Below, in pieces: positions 13,652 to 28,747 of a stretch of DNA of 64,000 bases (positions are counted from its first letter, which is position 1; each line of letters starts with the position of its first letter). The DNA comes from Octopus vulgaris. Taxonomy: Eukaryota. A program made the translations under genes and the position numbers. The notes below the pieces were generated by a model, which did no database searches, was not told the DNA's origin, and saw only the letters and a list, made by a program, of their open reading frames with translations. The DNA lies in the NCBI GenBank assembly GCA_951406725.2, contig OX597819.1:102920001-102984000 (forward strand), given 5' to 3'.

Positions 13652-15929
13652 TAGAGTGTAAAATGAGAAATAAATAAAAATAAATCGCAAGAAATCTACT
13701 GCTAGAACCAGGCCTGTTATTCTGTGAAACTATCAAGGCACTGAATGGAAATAGTAAAGGATAATGTTTCGACTACATTATTTGGAAAATTGTTTCAGGA
13801 ATCTACTATTCCGAACCAAAAGAATTTGACATAGTCTTTCATCTCACACTATTTCTTTCATTTAACCTGTAGGGCTGTCTCCCTTGTAATATGCACCATG
13901 TTATTCCAACACACATACATACACACACACATACACACATATACACACACTCGCACACACACATATGTGATTGCTCGTATGCACGTATGTATGCATATAT
14001 GAATGATATGTTTGTATGTATAGTAGGATGTATGTTATGTTGTAAAAGGATTTGGGGGTTTATAAGACATTAAAAGAACAAGCGTACCTCAACAGCTGAA
14101 GAATTACAGTTTCCTCTGTTTGGGTTTCATCAGTCACTGTGAATTTAGACTAAGTTTGCAATTCACTCCATGTACAGAATATCTCATATAGTGGTATGTA
14201 GAAGTAATGCCGTACGACTGTTTCAAGCGACTCAATTTAATTGAACAATGCAACTATTACATCAATTTAAATGCAGAGCACTCTTCAGCTGCATAAATAC
14301 ATACAATTAAATTAAATTAAAACAGATGGACATATTAGTATAATTTTACCTAAAACCTCCAAGAAGGTATGGGGATAGACAAAGAACATGATGTCTTCAC
14401 TTCAGCTTATATCCAACTTGAGGGAGAGGAGCAAATAAAATCCAGGCCACGTATGTTTCCTAGTTAGCAGATCCTCGGAAGTAATAATTGCTCAACGAGC
14501 AATTTGTTTCGGCCCTCTGTGGTTTTATTTCAAATGCAGCTGCTGTAAAGTGTTATTTTTATATTTCCTCAGACAGAAAATAAAATATCAATCAAGGATG
14601 GCGTGTTGGTGGAGACTTTGGTATTTTGGACCATAGGTCTTGCAATAGATATTCCGGATGTTTGTGTCCTGAGTTGCAATTCTTCCTCGGTTTTCTAATT
14701 TCTTTGATGACTACGGCTAATGTCGTACGAAGAGATTCATAATTCAGTTATGAAAGTGAAAGTGGTCGTGGTGATGATGATGATGACGATGATGACAACG
14801 ACGAGATGATGACGATGACGACGACGACGAAGACCAGATGATGACGATATGGTGAGATGAGGATGACGATGATTACGGTGATGATTACGGTGATGATTAT
14901 GTATTCCGTTAGAAAGGCAGAACAGCGGAATAGTTTGAGGATCGAACAATACGTTGTGTAAGATTTGCTTTGCCATTTTTTTTTATATTCAGATCTCACT
15001 GAAATCAACTGCTGAAATATCCGACTGCTGATTTGCGGCAACCTGCATTGGTTTAACGTAGTATCGAACACACACAAAATACATGGACGGACGCCTGAAA
15101 CCGACAAACACGACCGCAATTCACATTTGATTAGCATAAACAAATGAAGACTTAACCGCTATTGCATAGCCCACAGAATTTTCTTTGGTTTCAGAGGGAC
15201 ACTAACAATGTATATACATCAACTTATTCAAGTATCGGAGAAAAATTCAGAGATGAGCATATAAAAAGCCAAGAGTTAGAGAAATATAAAGACAGCCTTT
15301 ACGCCACAGTGAGAAAGAAATGGCTTATTTCATAGATTGTGTATGTAATGCTGTCTGTATATAATACTATTACTGCATAATACAAATGTAATTATAACAA
15401 TACGTGATTGTTTTATATGGTTATCATGACACAGCCACGACACAATTGTTTGTTTCAGTTTCGTCACGCAATTTTATATGAAATTCTATGCCAAAAAAAA
15501 TCTATACATACATTCACATTTCTACCAACACACATACACATTTATGCACATGCGCACACACTGACTGTTTATACTGTTAGAAAAATAAATTGTGACAAGT
15601 TTAGTTTGTATGTATTTAAAGACGTTTTTGTTAGATCTTAATACGTGTTTCGACTATCCAATTTCCTTAGCGCTGTTGTTGAAAGAAAAGTTATATTTTA
15701 AAGAAAAGTTATATTTGCATCGATAGGCTGTGTCATGTAAAATAATTTTATTTATAATAAAAGTTGTGGTTAATTAGTCAAACAAGATATCGGGAGTAAG
15801 TAAATACCGTATGCAAAACTATCATATCCACTCGCCTAAGAAACAGAACACAATTATATTAGAATCTTATTACCTACCGTGGATATTTTAACTGACGAAA
15901 TAGATCAGAGTTACTTCGCCAGCCATACG

Positions 15930-16120
15930 CTAATAAGCAGTTCCCTGGATCCTGTGGCGTTCCGTTGGAGGATTACTAATTTTTTCCGGCTGACTTGTTG
16001 GAGCAACGGGAAATAAATTGTTTTGCTCAAGCACAAATGCATCTCCCGGTCGAAGAATTGAAACTACAATCTTACGATCATGAGAGCAGCATCCTAACCA
16101 CTGAACACACGGATACCTTA
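15930..16120 (-). mobile_element. SINE family C, reverse orientation, degenerate
   Basis: ttttgctcaagcacaa...aatcttacgatcatgag...cctaaccact is the reverse complement of family C. Confidence 0.65.
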
Positions 16121-16539
16121 GCTAAAACTCCAAACGTAGTTTTCCTCAAGAATCAAATATTTGAGAGATACATAATTTGTAATTAGAGACCTCATGATAA
16201 TTTTCTTTGTTCAGAATTTTAGTTTAGAAGAAATCAGTTGCAAATGATTTATTGAAACAGCAAATTATTTCAGCTGCGAAGTCTCAATTCAACAGCTGAA
16301 TCTATTAAATACTTGTAGAAACTAGATTATATATATCATCCAGTTGATGGACCTTTAGGACGACGAACCTTTAAGAGATGATTGCCCACAAAATATGCAG
16401 TCAGTGACTCACTTGTAAATAGCTGAACAAGTTTGTCTCTTTTCTCACTTCATATGCTATGCAAAAAATAGTCGACAGCAAAAATAGGCAACCATACCTT
16501 CCTGCCCTACACAGATCTTAACACCTCACTTTTAACTAA

Positions 16540-16886
16540 ATCGTATCAGTCATTGTGAAGCGAACTAGTAAAGTCATCGATTATCTTCTGTTGTCTTCCA
16601 TGATATCTTCATCCTGTCAGCTGCCTGGTTTTCACAAAGTGCTCGATTCTTTTTCTTCCCTTATAGAGTACAATGAAGTGAGCCTGCTGTCTGGTTATAG
16701 TGTTGATAAACCTGGTGATAATCTGTGATCGTCTAATTACTGCGTTGTTTAGTACACGTATATCATTCTTTTAAGAAACCACATTTCTAAAGCATTTAGT
16801 AGCTTTTACATTCGTTTGTTGATGTTCCAGGCCACATAACCAAACTTAAAGATGGGTCCTATGTATCCCCCTAGAATCCTTTTTCA

Positions 16887-16925
<39 letters not shown>

Positions 16926-17085
16926 ATTTCTCTCTCTCTCTTTCTCTCTCTCATTCTCTCTCATTTTTTAAATATTATATATATTTGATCACGCTAGAAG
17001 CAACTTAAATCTGCTCAGTTTTTGACTAAACTTCTTTGAAATTTTTCCCATCTGAAGTAGTGAATATTTGAAGCTGTCAATATGT
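16540..17085 (-). mobile_element. Degraded RTE-clade LINE 3' fragment (interrupted by (CT)n)
   Basis: Minus translation RILGGYIGPIFKFGYVAWNINKRM*KLLNALEMWFL...IEHFVKT...HGRQQKIIDD and DSFKY resemble RTE ORF C-terminal motifs. Confidence 0.6.
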
Positions 17086-18519
17086 GTATTTGTTGAGGGG
17101 AAAAGTAATAGCTAATGCTCTTCACATTCTGAGAAGTGTCAATGAAAGAAGAGTTGAACTACAATAAAAACTATATTCACGATGGATGGTATAACTCTAA
17201 ATGGTAAGAACTTACGTATAATATTGATTACAAGACGAAATAAACAAAGTTAGAAATTATATAGGACAGAATGAGAAAGTGAAGAGAGGACCAGGACAAG
17301 TTTCTCTGTTACTCCTAAATTAACAGTGAAAAATGTACAAATTCTAGTTGGTACTATTAATGATGAGAGTGAAAATACGAATCTTAGTCTTCATACCAAA
17401 AACCAGAGACAATTACCGCATCAAAGAATGTACTTCCCATTTGCAACATAAGAATTAATGGAATGAAAAAGTTTATATAAATTTAAATTGATGCCAGAGT
17501 TTCCTTTTTACGTAAGGCTGTCAATTGATAAGTCACAAAATAACATTGATTTTCACGGTCATTAATCTCCCTCGCCGTATTCTTAAAAAGTTATTTTAGC
17601 ACTTCTCTAAGTTTCGTATTACATAAGAAGCAGTAAAGGCTTCCGACAGGAACTATGGTTGGATTTGTTCCATTGCCTCTCTTTCAACCTGTCAGTAAAT
17701 TCTAATCATTTCTTTTAAAATAAAACTCAATATTTATAGAAGAGATATTAAAATGGCGCATCCGTTACTTTCCCTTTCCTTCACACTATGTATACCTAAT
17801 AAAAGTAAGTAAAGTGTATAATGTGTAAGTATATATGATGGTATATGACCGGCCATCTTGAATACAATAACATTCTGAAATCTGTATAGTACTATTATAA
17901 GGCATTCATGCCTTCCCCAATGACATGTGCAGAATAAGCGAAATTTGTCCAATCAGAATTCAGAAAAGACTTTTCTTTGTTGACTTGTTTTATCACCATT
18001 ATCATCTGTAAAACTCAAAATATACTTTCTCGTATTGGCATTCACCTTTGCCATAACAACTTTCTTTTTATAATATCATCAACGAGCTTTTCTCCTATGA
18101 ATTATCCTCCATCGTAATTCGTTTCACTTTTATCGCCTAGAAGACCTCCCCATGTAGATTAGATAAGAATTATCTTCAAACGATGCAAAGGAATGTTTTA
18201 ACATCACCCTCACCCTCACGCCACCACCATTCTCTAACTTTCGACTTGTTCTTTTCTTTTTCTTGTTTTCTCTGAGATGAAACAGCAAAACATCTTTATT
18301 GATTATATTTTCTTGTTTATTTTTGTTTACTTTTCAGTTCTTATTTATGGCCACTTTCAGTGTTTTCGTCTCAGATAAAATTTCCCTTTCCAGCCCTTAC
18401 CTCCTCCTTATTCCTTACCTCTTCTTCCTCCCTCCCTCACGGCCCAAATTGAATGAGTCGACGAGATAAAATAATGAAACACTCCAAAAGACAAACCAGT
18501 CTTTGATTGTTACGTATTA

Positions 18520-19330
18520 TTATCACCCTCACCACCAACACCAGCACCACCACCGACACCACAACACAACCACCGCCGCCACCACCTCGGCACTACTACC
18601 GCTGCCACCATTACCACCCGATCTGAAACTATCATAAGTTTTAGCATCACCACCAACACCACCATCACGATCGCCACTCTGTTATCATCGCTGACACCAC
18701 CATCACTACTATCGTATACAACAGCAACGCCACCAACATCTTCCCTTACTGCAACAATACTACCAACCCTACGAAAAGAAGACACCACTACCTCTCCACC
18801 ACAAGCAGTAACCATCATTGCTATTATCAACAACATTTTTAGCACCACCACTACCACCACCACCACTAACATTTCAGCCACTACCAGCAAACCAAAATCT
18901 TTAATACAGTATCTCCACTGCTTTCACCACCACCAATGCCGCCTCCACCTCCATCACCACTACCACCACCACCACCACCACTACTACCATCACCACTACC
19001 ACAACCATCACTTCCACCACCATCACTTCCACTACCATCTCCACCACCACCACCATCGTCTTTCTCACCAGTACTACTAATACCACCGTACCACTTCTAT
19101 CAACACCATTACTCTTACATCACCATCTCTGTCACTTCCACGACCAGCACCAGCACCGCCTCAACACCACCATTACCACCACCAACAACACCAGATCATC
19201 ACCATCACAACAGTAGCACTAACATTATCATCACCATCATCACCCCATCTGTAACCATCATCACCAACAACCCCTCCATTAGTTGTTCCACCACCATCAC
19301 CACTACTTGTACCTTCGCCACCATCAGTAC
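18520..19330. repeat. Degenerate (CAC/ACT/CAT)n low-complexity region
   Basis: Explains the poly-P and poly-V ORFs. Confidence 0.85.
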
Positions 19331-20099
19331 ATATGTAGGCAGTAACACTAAAATATAATCTGATTGAGAATAATAATGAAGAAGTAGGAAGAGATCTTGG
19401 AGAGTATCACACATACTTTCCAAAGAATTTATTGGCCATTTATTGCAATGTTTGGTATTTGAGAGGGCATTGGTTGCTGCTATTTGTTAACACATAAAAT
19501 ATTTGGCTGCCTTGTGTAAAAGGCCACATAATCTAAACTCCACGTGTTTTTTCTGTGATATTAAGAGAAAAATCTGATATATATTTTCCTAAAGTCAATA
19601 TTGTAAGCTGTAATACGATAGCGTTTAAAGAAACTGCATAGCTTCAGCTGTGAATATTAGATATTACAGTCCGGATTTAATGTAAGATATCAACAAGAGT
19701 CATCTTTCGTATGTGTAAATAAATTATATGACATCAAGTCTACCCCCCGAAGAATTCATAACGTCCGCTACTTAGATCCAGTTGGCATAGCATTGAATTA
19801 CAGGGATAAGTGATAAATCTACCCCTGGATATAGAACCAGTCAACGTTAGGTAACATTTCTAACAGAAGATATGTCACTTACTTCCAAAATTTAAATAAG
19901 TAGTATCATTTAATGTCAAGTGCCATGCAGGGAAATACAAGAGAATTGAGTTGAATTCGAACTGGACCCTATCGAGTTGATATTTATGCCTGATACTGAA
20001 AAATCATTTCATTTAAGCATATTGATAGGTTCGGGACATTATTTTTCTTAGTGAGGGAGACTTCATCCATCGCCCAGCAACACCGTGAACTAGTTCTTC

Positions 20100-20580
20100 G
20101 AGTATTTGGTAAAGTTCATTCTGTGATAAGCATGCATATCATGCCCTGTCGCTTCCTTATATCTGGTACAGAGACCCTTAAAAAGGTCCACAAGTTCATA
20201 GGAACTTGCTTTTCTGCACTAAATTCTGAGTTAATTATAGACAAAAATACTAAAATAAAACTAAAGATAAAATTGATTAAAGCAGCTACGTCAATTAACA
20301 GAAGAACCCATCTATTTACGCATTTATTTTCGTTACCTGCTATTTCTGGTGGGGTCGTTAAGGCACCTCATCCATACAGTCCGATCTGAAGCAGATATTA
20401 TTAAACTTTTCTGCTAGATACCTAAATGTAACGAACTGAGATCTTATTGGCTGCTTTCGATTTCCTGTCGGTCGGTTCTGCCTTGTGATCATTTCTTGCG
20501 GCATTCTAATATGATGTGCGTTGTACTGGAGTTCTGACGTCTTAAAGTGAAGTAGTGACTCAACCTGCGAGAGAATCATC
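20100..20580. mobile_element. Two degraded RTE-like fragments in opposite orientations
   Basis: Plus ISGTETLKKVHKF...IKAA; minus VESLL...AHHIRMP...ASDRTVW; weak motif similarity. Confidence 0.4.
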
Positions 20581-21906
20581 TGAAGGAAATCTAAAATTAT
20601 AATAGCCGTTGTTAGTATTTAACCCGAGATCAAACCTTACTGATCAGACCTATACAAGTTGCTTTACAGCTGTGACTATTTTGTCTTTTTTCTTAGACAT
20701 AGTGGGCCTAAGATTACGTTATCAGATGTATTAGTATTTTTTATTACAGCAGGGTCAGATATGAAATAGGAACTCTAGCACACATACGGTGACTGACTAG
20801 TGGTTGCATGTGATAATGTTCTTGTTTAACCCCAAGAAAACAGTAATTAAATAGTCCTGTTATCACAGCTTTCCAGCCATGCCAGTTTATCTAGAATAAT
20901 TATATCATGTCCTTTTTAAGCTAGTAGGAATTCAGTTACTTTTTTTCACAAGTCTGTCTCTCTGACTTCCTGATTATGTAAGTGTTTCGTTACTTATCTA
21001 TGGATGAAAATTACTAAAATGACCTTCACCAATTGTATTTAAGTGGAGGCTACATAATTAATTTAATTAGGGGAAAACAATGGAGATTTAAATAATTAAA
21101 GTTACACACGTAATATACTGTGAAATCATAACGCTAATGATCATTCAAGCCAAAGACAAGGGGCACATCTCTGAAAATCAGTTGTGTTAAAGTAGGCGGG
21201 TAACAGTGCAGAATGCATCTGACTCTTGACAAATATTTCGATACTTTTTGATATGTTTCGGTCGTACTAGAATTCTTGAGCAAAGTATTATCTCCTTCAT
21301 ATTTACCAATTGTTAATATAACAAGTGATAATATATAGATATTTAGAGGACAAAAGAAAAACGAACAAACAAGTATCAAAGGATTAAATAATTCAAATTA
21401 ATGATAAAATATTTCCAACGAATTCTTCTGCATAATGAACATATAGTTAATTAGGAGTAGACCATATTTGCTATCAAAAATCTCTTTAATCAATAACATT
21501 ATTGTAGACCCAATATATTAAATAAACAATTAGCCTCTCAGCTGGAATGAAACGAAAATAGTAAGATAATGGAGTAAATTCCAAATTTAAATTTATGAAA
21601 AATTAAATGGCGGAATGCTTTGTGCTTGTCAATGATACACATAATGTATTAAGGTTATGACACGACTATCTCCTAGCTTTATGCTAATGTATCAGATATT
21701 TCTAGATGTCTTATGATTGTTTCAATAAGTAAACAGCAAAGATTGGAGGAACGTCTTACAAGTGTAATAAACCTGCTACATCTAATTATATTTTCCGAAA
21801 TAGAAATCTGATTGACATACAGTGTCACGAAGTATGGAGATACACCTTCGCGTCTCTCTCACTCACTCTCTCTCTCTCTCTCTCTCTGACTGTATATATA
21901 TATCTG

Positions 21907-21946
<40 letters not shown>

Positions 21947-22029
21947 CTTTCTCTTCAAGCTTAATGTCATGCAAGTTTTGTCTGTTCTTGCTCTTAAAAA
22001 ATAAATGAAAATAAAAATTGAAATAATAT

Positions 22030-22201
22030 AGGCGTAGGAGGGGCTGTGTGGTAAGTAGCTCGCTTACCAACTACATGGTTCTGGATTCAGTCCCACTGCG
22101 TGGCACTTTGGGCAAGTGTCTTCTACTATAGCCTGGAGCCGACCAAAGCCTTGTGAGTGGATTTGGTAGACGGAAACTGAAAGAATCCCGTCGTGTATAT
22201 G

Positions 22202-22275
<74 letters not shown>

Positions 22276-22510
22276 TGTGTGTGTGTGTGTGTTTGTGTGT
22301 GTTTGTATGTCTGTGTTTCTCCCCCAACATCGCTTAACAACTGATGCTGGTGGGTTTACGTCCCCGTCACTTAGCGGTTCGGCAAAAGAGACCGATAGAA
22401 TAAGGACTAGGCTTACAAAGAATAGGTCATGGGGTTGATTAGCTCGACTAAAGGCGGTGCTCCAGCATGGCCGCAGTCAAATGACTGAAACAAGTAGAAG
22501 TGTAAAAGAG
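22030..22510 (+). mobile_element. Full-length SINE family B (tRNA head + CORE-like domain + internal microsatellite)
   Basis: ggctgtgtggtaag head, ctttgggcaagtgtctt (MIR/CORE-like), internal (TA)n(GT)n, 3' catggccgcagtcaaatgactgaaacaag. Confidence 0.88.
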
Positions 22511-23304
22511 TATGACTAATGAGTAGTAATCTTCTCATATTGATAATGGTCTCAAATTTTGGCCCAAAGCCAGCAGATTTAGGAGAGTAAGTATAGCCGG
22601 TTACATCGACTCCAGTGTTCGACTAGTACACTGCTAGGCATATTCACCAGCCTAGTAACGACTCTGTCAGTTCGCAACCTTCTGCCAATGTTAATAATGC
22701 AAAAGAAACTAAACATAACAAAGACCAATTTGAGAAGAGAAAATACTAGGAACAATGTAGTAACAGGCCTACCTTCTTAGAGTTCGCATAGGTATATACT
22801 GCAACAAGTCGGTCATTTGACTTGCTAGAAATACTGACGCTATAGGGAATCTGTAGTTTAATTGTTAACACGGATGCATTGCATGCGATATATACGGAGA
22901 ACGATTCCAGCCAGTGGGATTTTACATATAAACGAGAGCTTATCATATCTTTTTTTTTTATATGTATCATAATCATTCGTGATATTTGGTGTCCCTTGAA
23001 AATTGACAAAATATTCTATCGATATTATTGACAAAGAACATCATCAATCTCCAAGCAATGAATTCTAGTATAGGTACAAGGCCAGGAATTTCCGGTAAAA
23101 CCGTTATTCGGTTATGTCAAACCAAGAGCTTTATATATATCTTAATTAATCGACACCAGGGTGCAAAGATTTTTTCGGTATCTTTCCAAATCAGGACATA
23201 GAAACAAAAAACAGAATAACTTCTACAAGGTATGTCGTCGGCTCTCTATCGGATAATGTGACTTCTCCATCCCTGAATCTTTAAATATTATTAGGTAGTT
23301 TTTG

Positions 23305-23580
23305 CAAGCAAGTTAATAAGAAGCAACATTAATATAGATAACAGAAGAATATAAGTAAAATGTTAAATGATGTCTACTCTACCATATTGAGGTCAGATTT
23401 GAACATCAACACAAGTATAATGCTATCAAATAGGTCACAAGATTTTGAGATGTGGAAATGTAAAAGAATTTTGAGAATATCGTAAAGAAAACATAAAAAT
23501 AAAGTTACAATACTAAAATAGTCAAAGCTAAAAATATTTTATAAGATACCGATTGGCAGTCCATAGTTTTCAACCTAAGA
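23305..23580 (+). mobile_element. Degraded RTE-clade LINE fragment
   Basis: Translation includes DFEMWKCKRILRIS*, the typical RTE FEMWxxRRxLxISW motif. Confidence 0.55.
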
Positions 23581-23619
23581 AGAGCAGTTGGTATTATAGA
23601 TGGAGATTAGTAAACATCA

Positions 23620-23836
23620 ATTATTTTCTACTCTAGGCACAAGACCCGAAATTTTGAGGGAGGGAACCAGTGGATTAGATCGACTCCAGTACACAACTGA
23701 TAGGTAATTTATCGACCCCGAAAGGATAAAAGGCAAAGTCGACCTCGGCAGAATTTGAACTCAACACGTAAAGACAGACGAAATACCTCTAAGCATTTCA
23801 CCCGCCGTGCTAACGTTTCTGCCATTTCTCCGCCTA
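23620..23836 (-). mobile_element. SINE family A, reverse orientation
   Basis: atcgaccccgaaaggataaaaggcaaagtcgacctcggcagaatttgaactc. Confidence 0.87.
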
Positions 23837-24124
23837 AAGAAGGCATCAATTCTGATGAAGGAATTGTAAATGAAGTGTCTTTGAGTATTCCAGTTTCCCT
23901 AACTGTGGTTTAGCTTGATTACAAAACAGACTCGGTTTAACTTCGTTAATGGGAAGACACCGGTGTTTTCGGTATGATATAGTTATTTATAACCTCAGCA
24001 CAAATCTTAATTCGTTGCGAATTGCTTTCAAGTTTTGTGAGGATGCGACCAGAGAAGGAAAAGATGGGTCACCACAGCATAGTGCCAAATGCTTTATCGA
24101 TTTCATAAAAATTGGAGTTGTTAG

Positions 24125-24360
24125 TGAAGGTGCATGGTCTAGTCGTTAGGGTTTTGCAATGACGATCACAAGATCTTGGTTCCTAATTCCGCACGGGTGA
24201 TTCATTGTGTTCCCGAGAAAAGCAAGACTTTTCAATTTGCTCCAGTTCACTCAGCTATGGATGGATAATACAGCAATGAAAAGGCGTCTTCTATATGGAA
24301 AGAACAGTGATCTAGAACAATTATAAGACATGCAGACCATAAAATCTTCCCTAAGAGTTA
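24125..24360 (+). mobile_element. SINE family C, degenerate
   Basis: ggtgcatggtctagtcgttaggg head, ttgctccagttcactcagct body. Confidence 0.55.
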
Positions 24361-24922
24361 TAGAGTTTGAAACACGAACGTCCTGAGTTTGATGAAACAT
24401 AATGAAATCCCATGATGAAATCGTTTACATCATCTAATATTAAATGATTATTAATGGCAAAATTTTGACAGTTAAAGAACGTTTAATAAAGACTAAATAT
24501 CGAAAATGATGTAAATAAAGGGTTAAAGAATTTGGGTGGTTCTGTTTTGAAAATTAGTCAGTTCCCAGTTGGTAATGTTGAGTGATATAAAGGCACGTTG
24601 CTTATGGAAACCAGAGAGACATATTTATTTTTCTAGGTTGACATGAAAACTGGCTTATGTTTTATATAAGCATATATATATTTAAGCGCACGCATATCCA
24701 CACATGTACACTTATATGTATGTCTATGTGTGTTAAAGGAACATATACGTATGTATATATACATATATATATAAATAAATATACACATATACATGCATAT
24801 ATGTGCCTGTGCGTGTACCACGCATACACAAATGTATGAGACGTAAAACGAAATTTTCTCGAGAATAATACGTATATATTGTGTCTATATCTATGTCTAT
24901 CTATATATCTTACGACACATAA

Positions 24923-24988
<66 letters not shown>

Positions 24989-25552
24989 GTGTGTGTGTAT
25001 GTATGTATACATATATGTTTAGATACCTACATACATACATACATAGACGTACATGGTAGTATATCCACTTAAGCAGGCACACACGAATCAACATCTACAC
25101 ATATACAAACACAAATATATTTATCTCTGTATAAATACACATATGTACACAAAATTACACACAAACAGGCACACATACACACACAGGCATATAATTGGGA
25201 TGTGCACAATTTTTTTTTTGTTTTTTATCGTGCTTGCTTGGTTCTAAGAAGAAAAAAATCATATTTATTTATTTACCAGTAATTCTGCCATACACTGATG
25301 AAGGACCCACACAAGCATGTTTTTATGAACGTGCGACCCCTTAGAAACATGATATCGTATCTGGAGAGAGCATATGCTGCACACACACAAACACACATAC
25401 ACACACACACACATATACGCAGAGGCACACAAACAGGCAAAATGAACACACACACACGCACGTATACACACATATATGTTTGTATATGTGTATACATTTA
25501 TATGTATACACATTTAGATAGATAGGCAGGCAGACAGACAGACAGACAGACG

Positions 25553-25632
<80 letters not shown>

Positions 25633-25706
25633 TAGACACGCATAAATCTATCTGTCTTTCTATCTATCGATGTGTGCGTATGTATATATATATATATATA
25701 TATATA

Positions 25707-25868
25707 ACGGACTTCTTTCAGTTTTCCTCTACCAAATTCAAACACAAGTCTTTATTCGGCCCGAGGCTATAGTAGAAGACACTTGCCAAAGTTGCCATGC
25801 AGTGGGACTGAACCCGGAACCATGTGATTGGTAAGCAAGCTACTTACCACACAGCCACTCCAGCACCT
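25707..25868 (-). mobile_element. SINE family B 5' half, reverse orientation
   Basis: ggctatagtagaagacacttgcc...cttaccacacagccactcc. Confidence 0.85.
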
Positions 25869-26122
25869 GTTTGTGATTTGTATATTCATATATAATCTAT
25901 ATGTAAAAGCTCCTTTCTGTATTTTAATAATGAATTTGATTTTTGCTGTTAATCTGTAAGAGGGGAGCACTTTGGTGTAAACACATTTCACGTGGAACAA
26001 CTAAATTAGAACGCAAGATTCTTCGAGTCTTCACAAGATATACTATCTATCTATAAATATATTTGTGTTGGTATATATGTGAGTTTGAGTGGGCTTATAT
26101 AAGAGGATACACTACCATATTC

Positions 26123-26234
<112 letters not shown>

Positions 26235-26523
26235 GTGTATTTAACCATATATCTGTCTATCATATGTGTGCCTATACGCTGGCTTGTAAAGCATTTTACA
26301 GCAATATATACATATTATTTAGCTTCCGCGTTTGTGTGTTTTAGTGGTTTGCATAAATGTATTCACACACACGTTTGGTATTATAAAAGGATGAGCACTT
26401 AGATATGTAGATATATAGTCAGAAAGATATACATATATACCTGTATTTATCTATCTTGTCCACACAGGCATATATGCGTGTGTGTGAGTCTGTGTGTTTT
26501 ATGTGTGTGTGAGCGTGCGTATG

Positions 26524-26562
<39 letters not shown>

Positions 26563-27588
26563 ACATATATATATATATATATGGACATACATATATATAT
26601 ACATATGGACATATAGATATCTATATGTGTGTATATATATATATATAGATATGTGTGTGTGTGTATATACATATAAATATAATACCTAAATATTTATATA
26701 TATATATGTATATATATACACACATGTATATACATTTATATATATATATGTAGGCTTATATGTATGCATATATATATATACATGAATATATATATATATG
26801 TAAATATATATCAACACATATGTGTGTATTTATATATGCGTATATATATGCATATATATGTATGTGTGTATGTGTGTGCATCATTGCGTGTGTAGATGTG
26901 TGTGTGTTTAAACAGATAAATAAATAGAAAGCCAGACTGTGATATAGATAGATAAGAAGATAAAGAACAACAACACAACACATAATACTCTACAGCTGTC
27001 ATATCTAGCATAAAACCAAACCAGTTGCTAAAGAAGTTTTAACCCATCTACCCATATTATATAGCGCGGGTTCCTGGAACCCTCCACCCGTATAACAATA
27101 CAACGTCTTCAAATGCCACCACCCACTTCTCACACATCTCACAACCTCCACCCTTCACTCATTACTCCACCTTCAATATGTTACCTATTAGGTTCACAGA
27201 CCTCACTTCCGCTTCTATTACACACCTGCCCTCATAGCAATGAAACAACACCCGCTATATATCGTTTGCATACTCACGTTCGCACCTCTTACTACCACTG
27301 ATACTACTTTGCTTACAAGTTCTGTCTCTGTCTCTTTATCCCTCTATCTCTCTTTATCTATTTATCTACCTCTGTATCTGTCTATCTGTCTATCTATTCA
27401 TCTATTCATATCACTTTTGATTACATATATGCATACATACATACATACATACATACATACATGCATATATATACCTTCATATATATGCATACATACATGT
27501 TTTTTACACATTAATACATATATATATATATAGTATTTATATCTATATACACACACACACATATATATACACATATATATACACCGCC

Positions 27589-27623
<35 letters not shown>

Positions 27624-27647
27624 ACTATACATATATATATATATATT

Positions 27648-27698
<51 letters not shown>

Positions 27699-28524
27699 TT
27701 ACATATATATATATATGTAAATATATATATATATGTATAAAATATATATTGTTTTTGTTTTTTTTTTGCTGCTGCTTTCATAACTTTGTATTCCTTGTAT
27801 TATAGATATACGTGTGAATATGTGAATATATATGTGTCGAGTGCGTATTCGTATAATCACACAGAGACACATGCACACACACACACACACGTACACACAC
27901 GTACACACAAACACACACATTTACACACATATACATACCCACTGACACACGCGCCCGCACTCACACACAGAAAGAATATAAAATACGCATACCCACACCG
28001 CACATGCGTTTCTTTACTCACATAATAGGGAAATGTAATACATAAAAACTTAGACATACACACAAACATTTTAGTTCATGAACAAATAATGTAGAAATGA
28101 AATTTGCTCTAAACACTTCTCTGACTATCTCTCCCACTCTCTCCTGCTCTCTCATCTCTCTCTTTTCTCTGCCATTCTCTCTCTCTCTCTCTCTTTCTCT
28201 CGCTCTCTCTTTCTCACTCACTTTGTTTCTCGGTAGTTATCTACCCATCTACCTATCATTTAGGTGTGCTCTCACTCAAAACCACGAAGAGACACAGCAC
28301 ACACACACACACACATTCGTATGTATACATACATACTTACTTACACACATAATATATATATATATATATATTTCCCCTTGTGGGCAATAAAGAAATATAT
28401 ATATATATATATATATATATACACGCGCGCATTCGTATACACATACACACACATACAAACTTTTGCGCACTAAATCCATCAGTGTATACATCTATCTATC
28501 TTTACGTACACACATACATATGTG

Positions 28525-28578
<54 letters not shown>

Positions 28579-28747
28579 AATGTATACATACAAGTATACA
28601 TACATTCATACGCACATACATGCATACATATATTCATACTTGCATACATACATACATACATACATACATACATACATACATACATACATGCATAGATACA
28701 TACATACATACATACATACATACATACATACGTACGTACATACATAT

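Noticed and set aside
17330-17545. Possible Helitron helicase remnant (FIPK, LSIDKSQ resembling TINKSQ)
   Set aside because: Too degenerate to support without a profile search
25290-25372. CTGATGA...GAAACATG hammerhead-like arrangement (similar weak case on the minus strand at ~21240-21290)
   Set aside because: Stems I and II pair poorly or core bases are mutated
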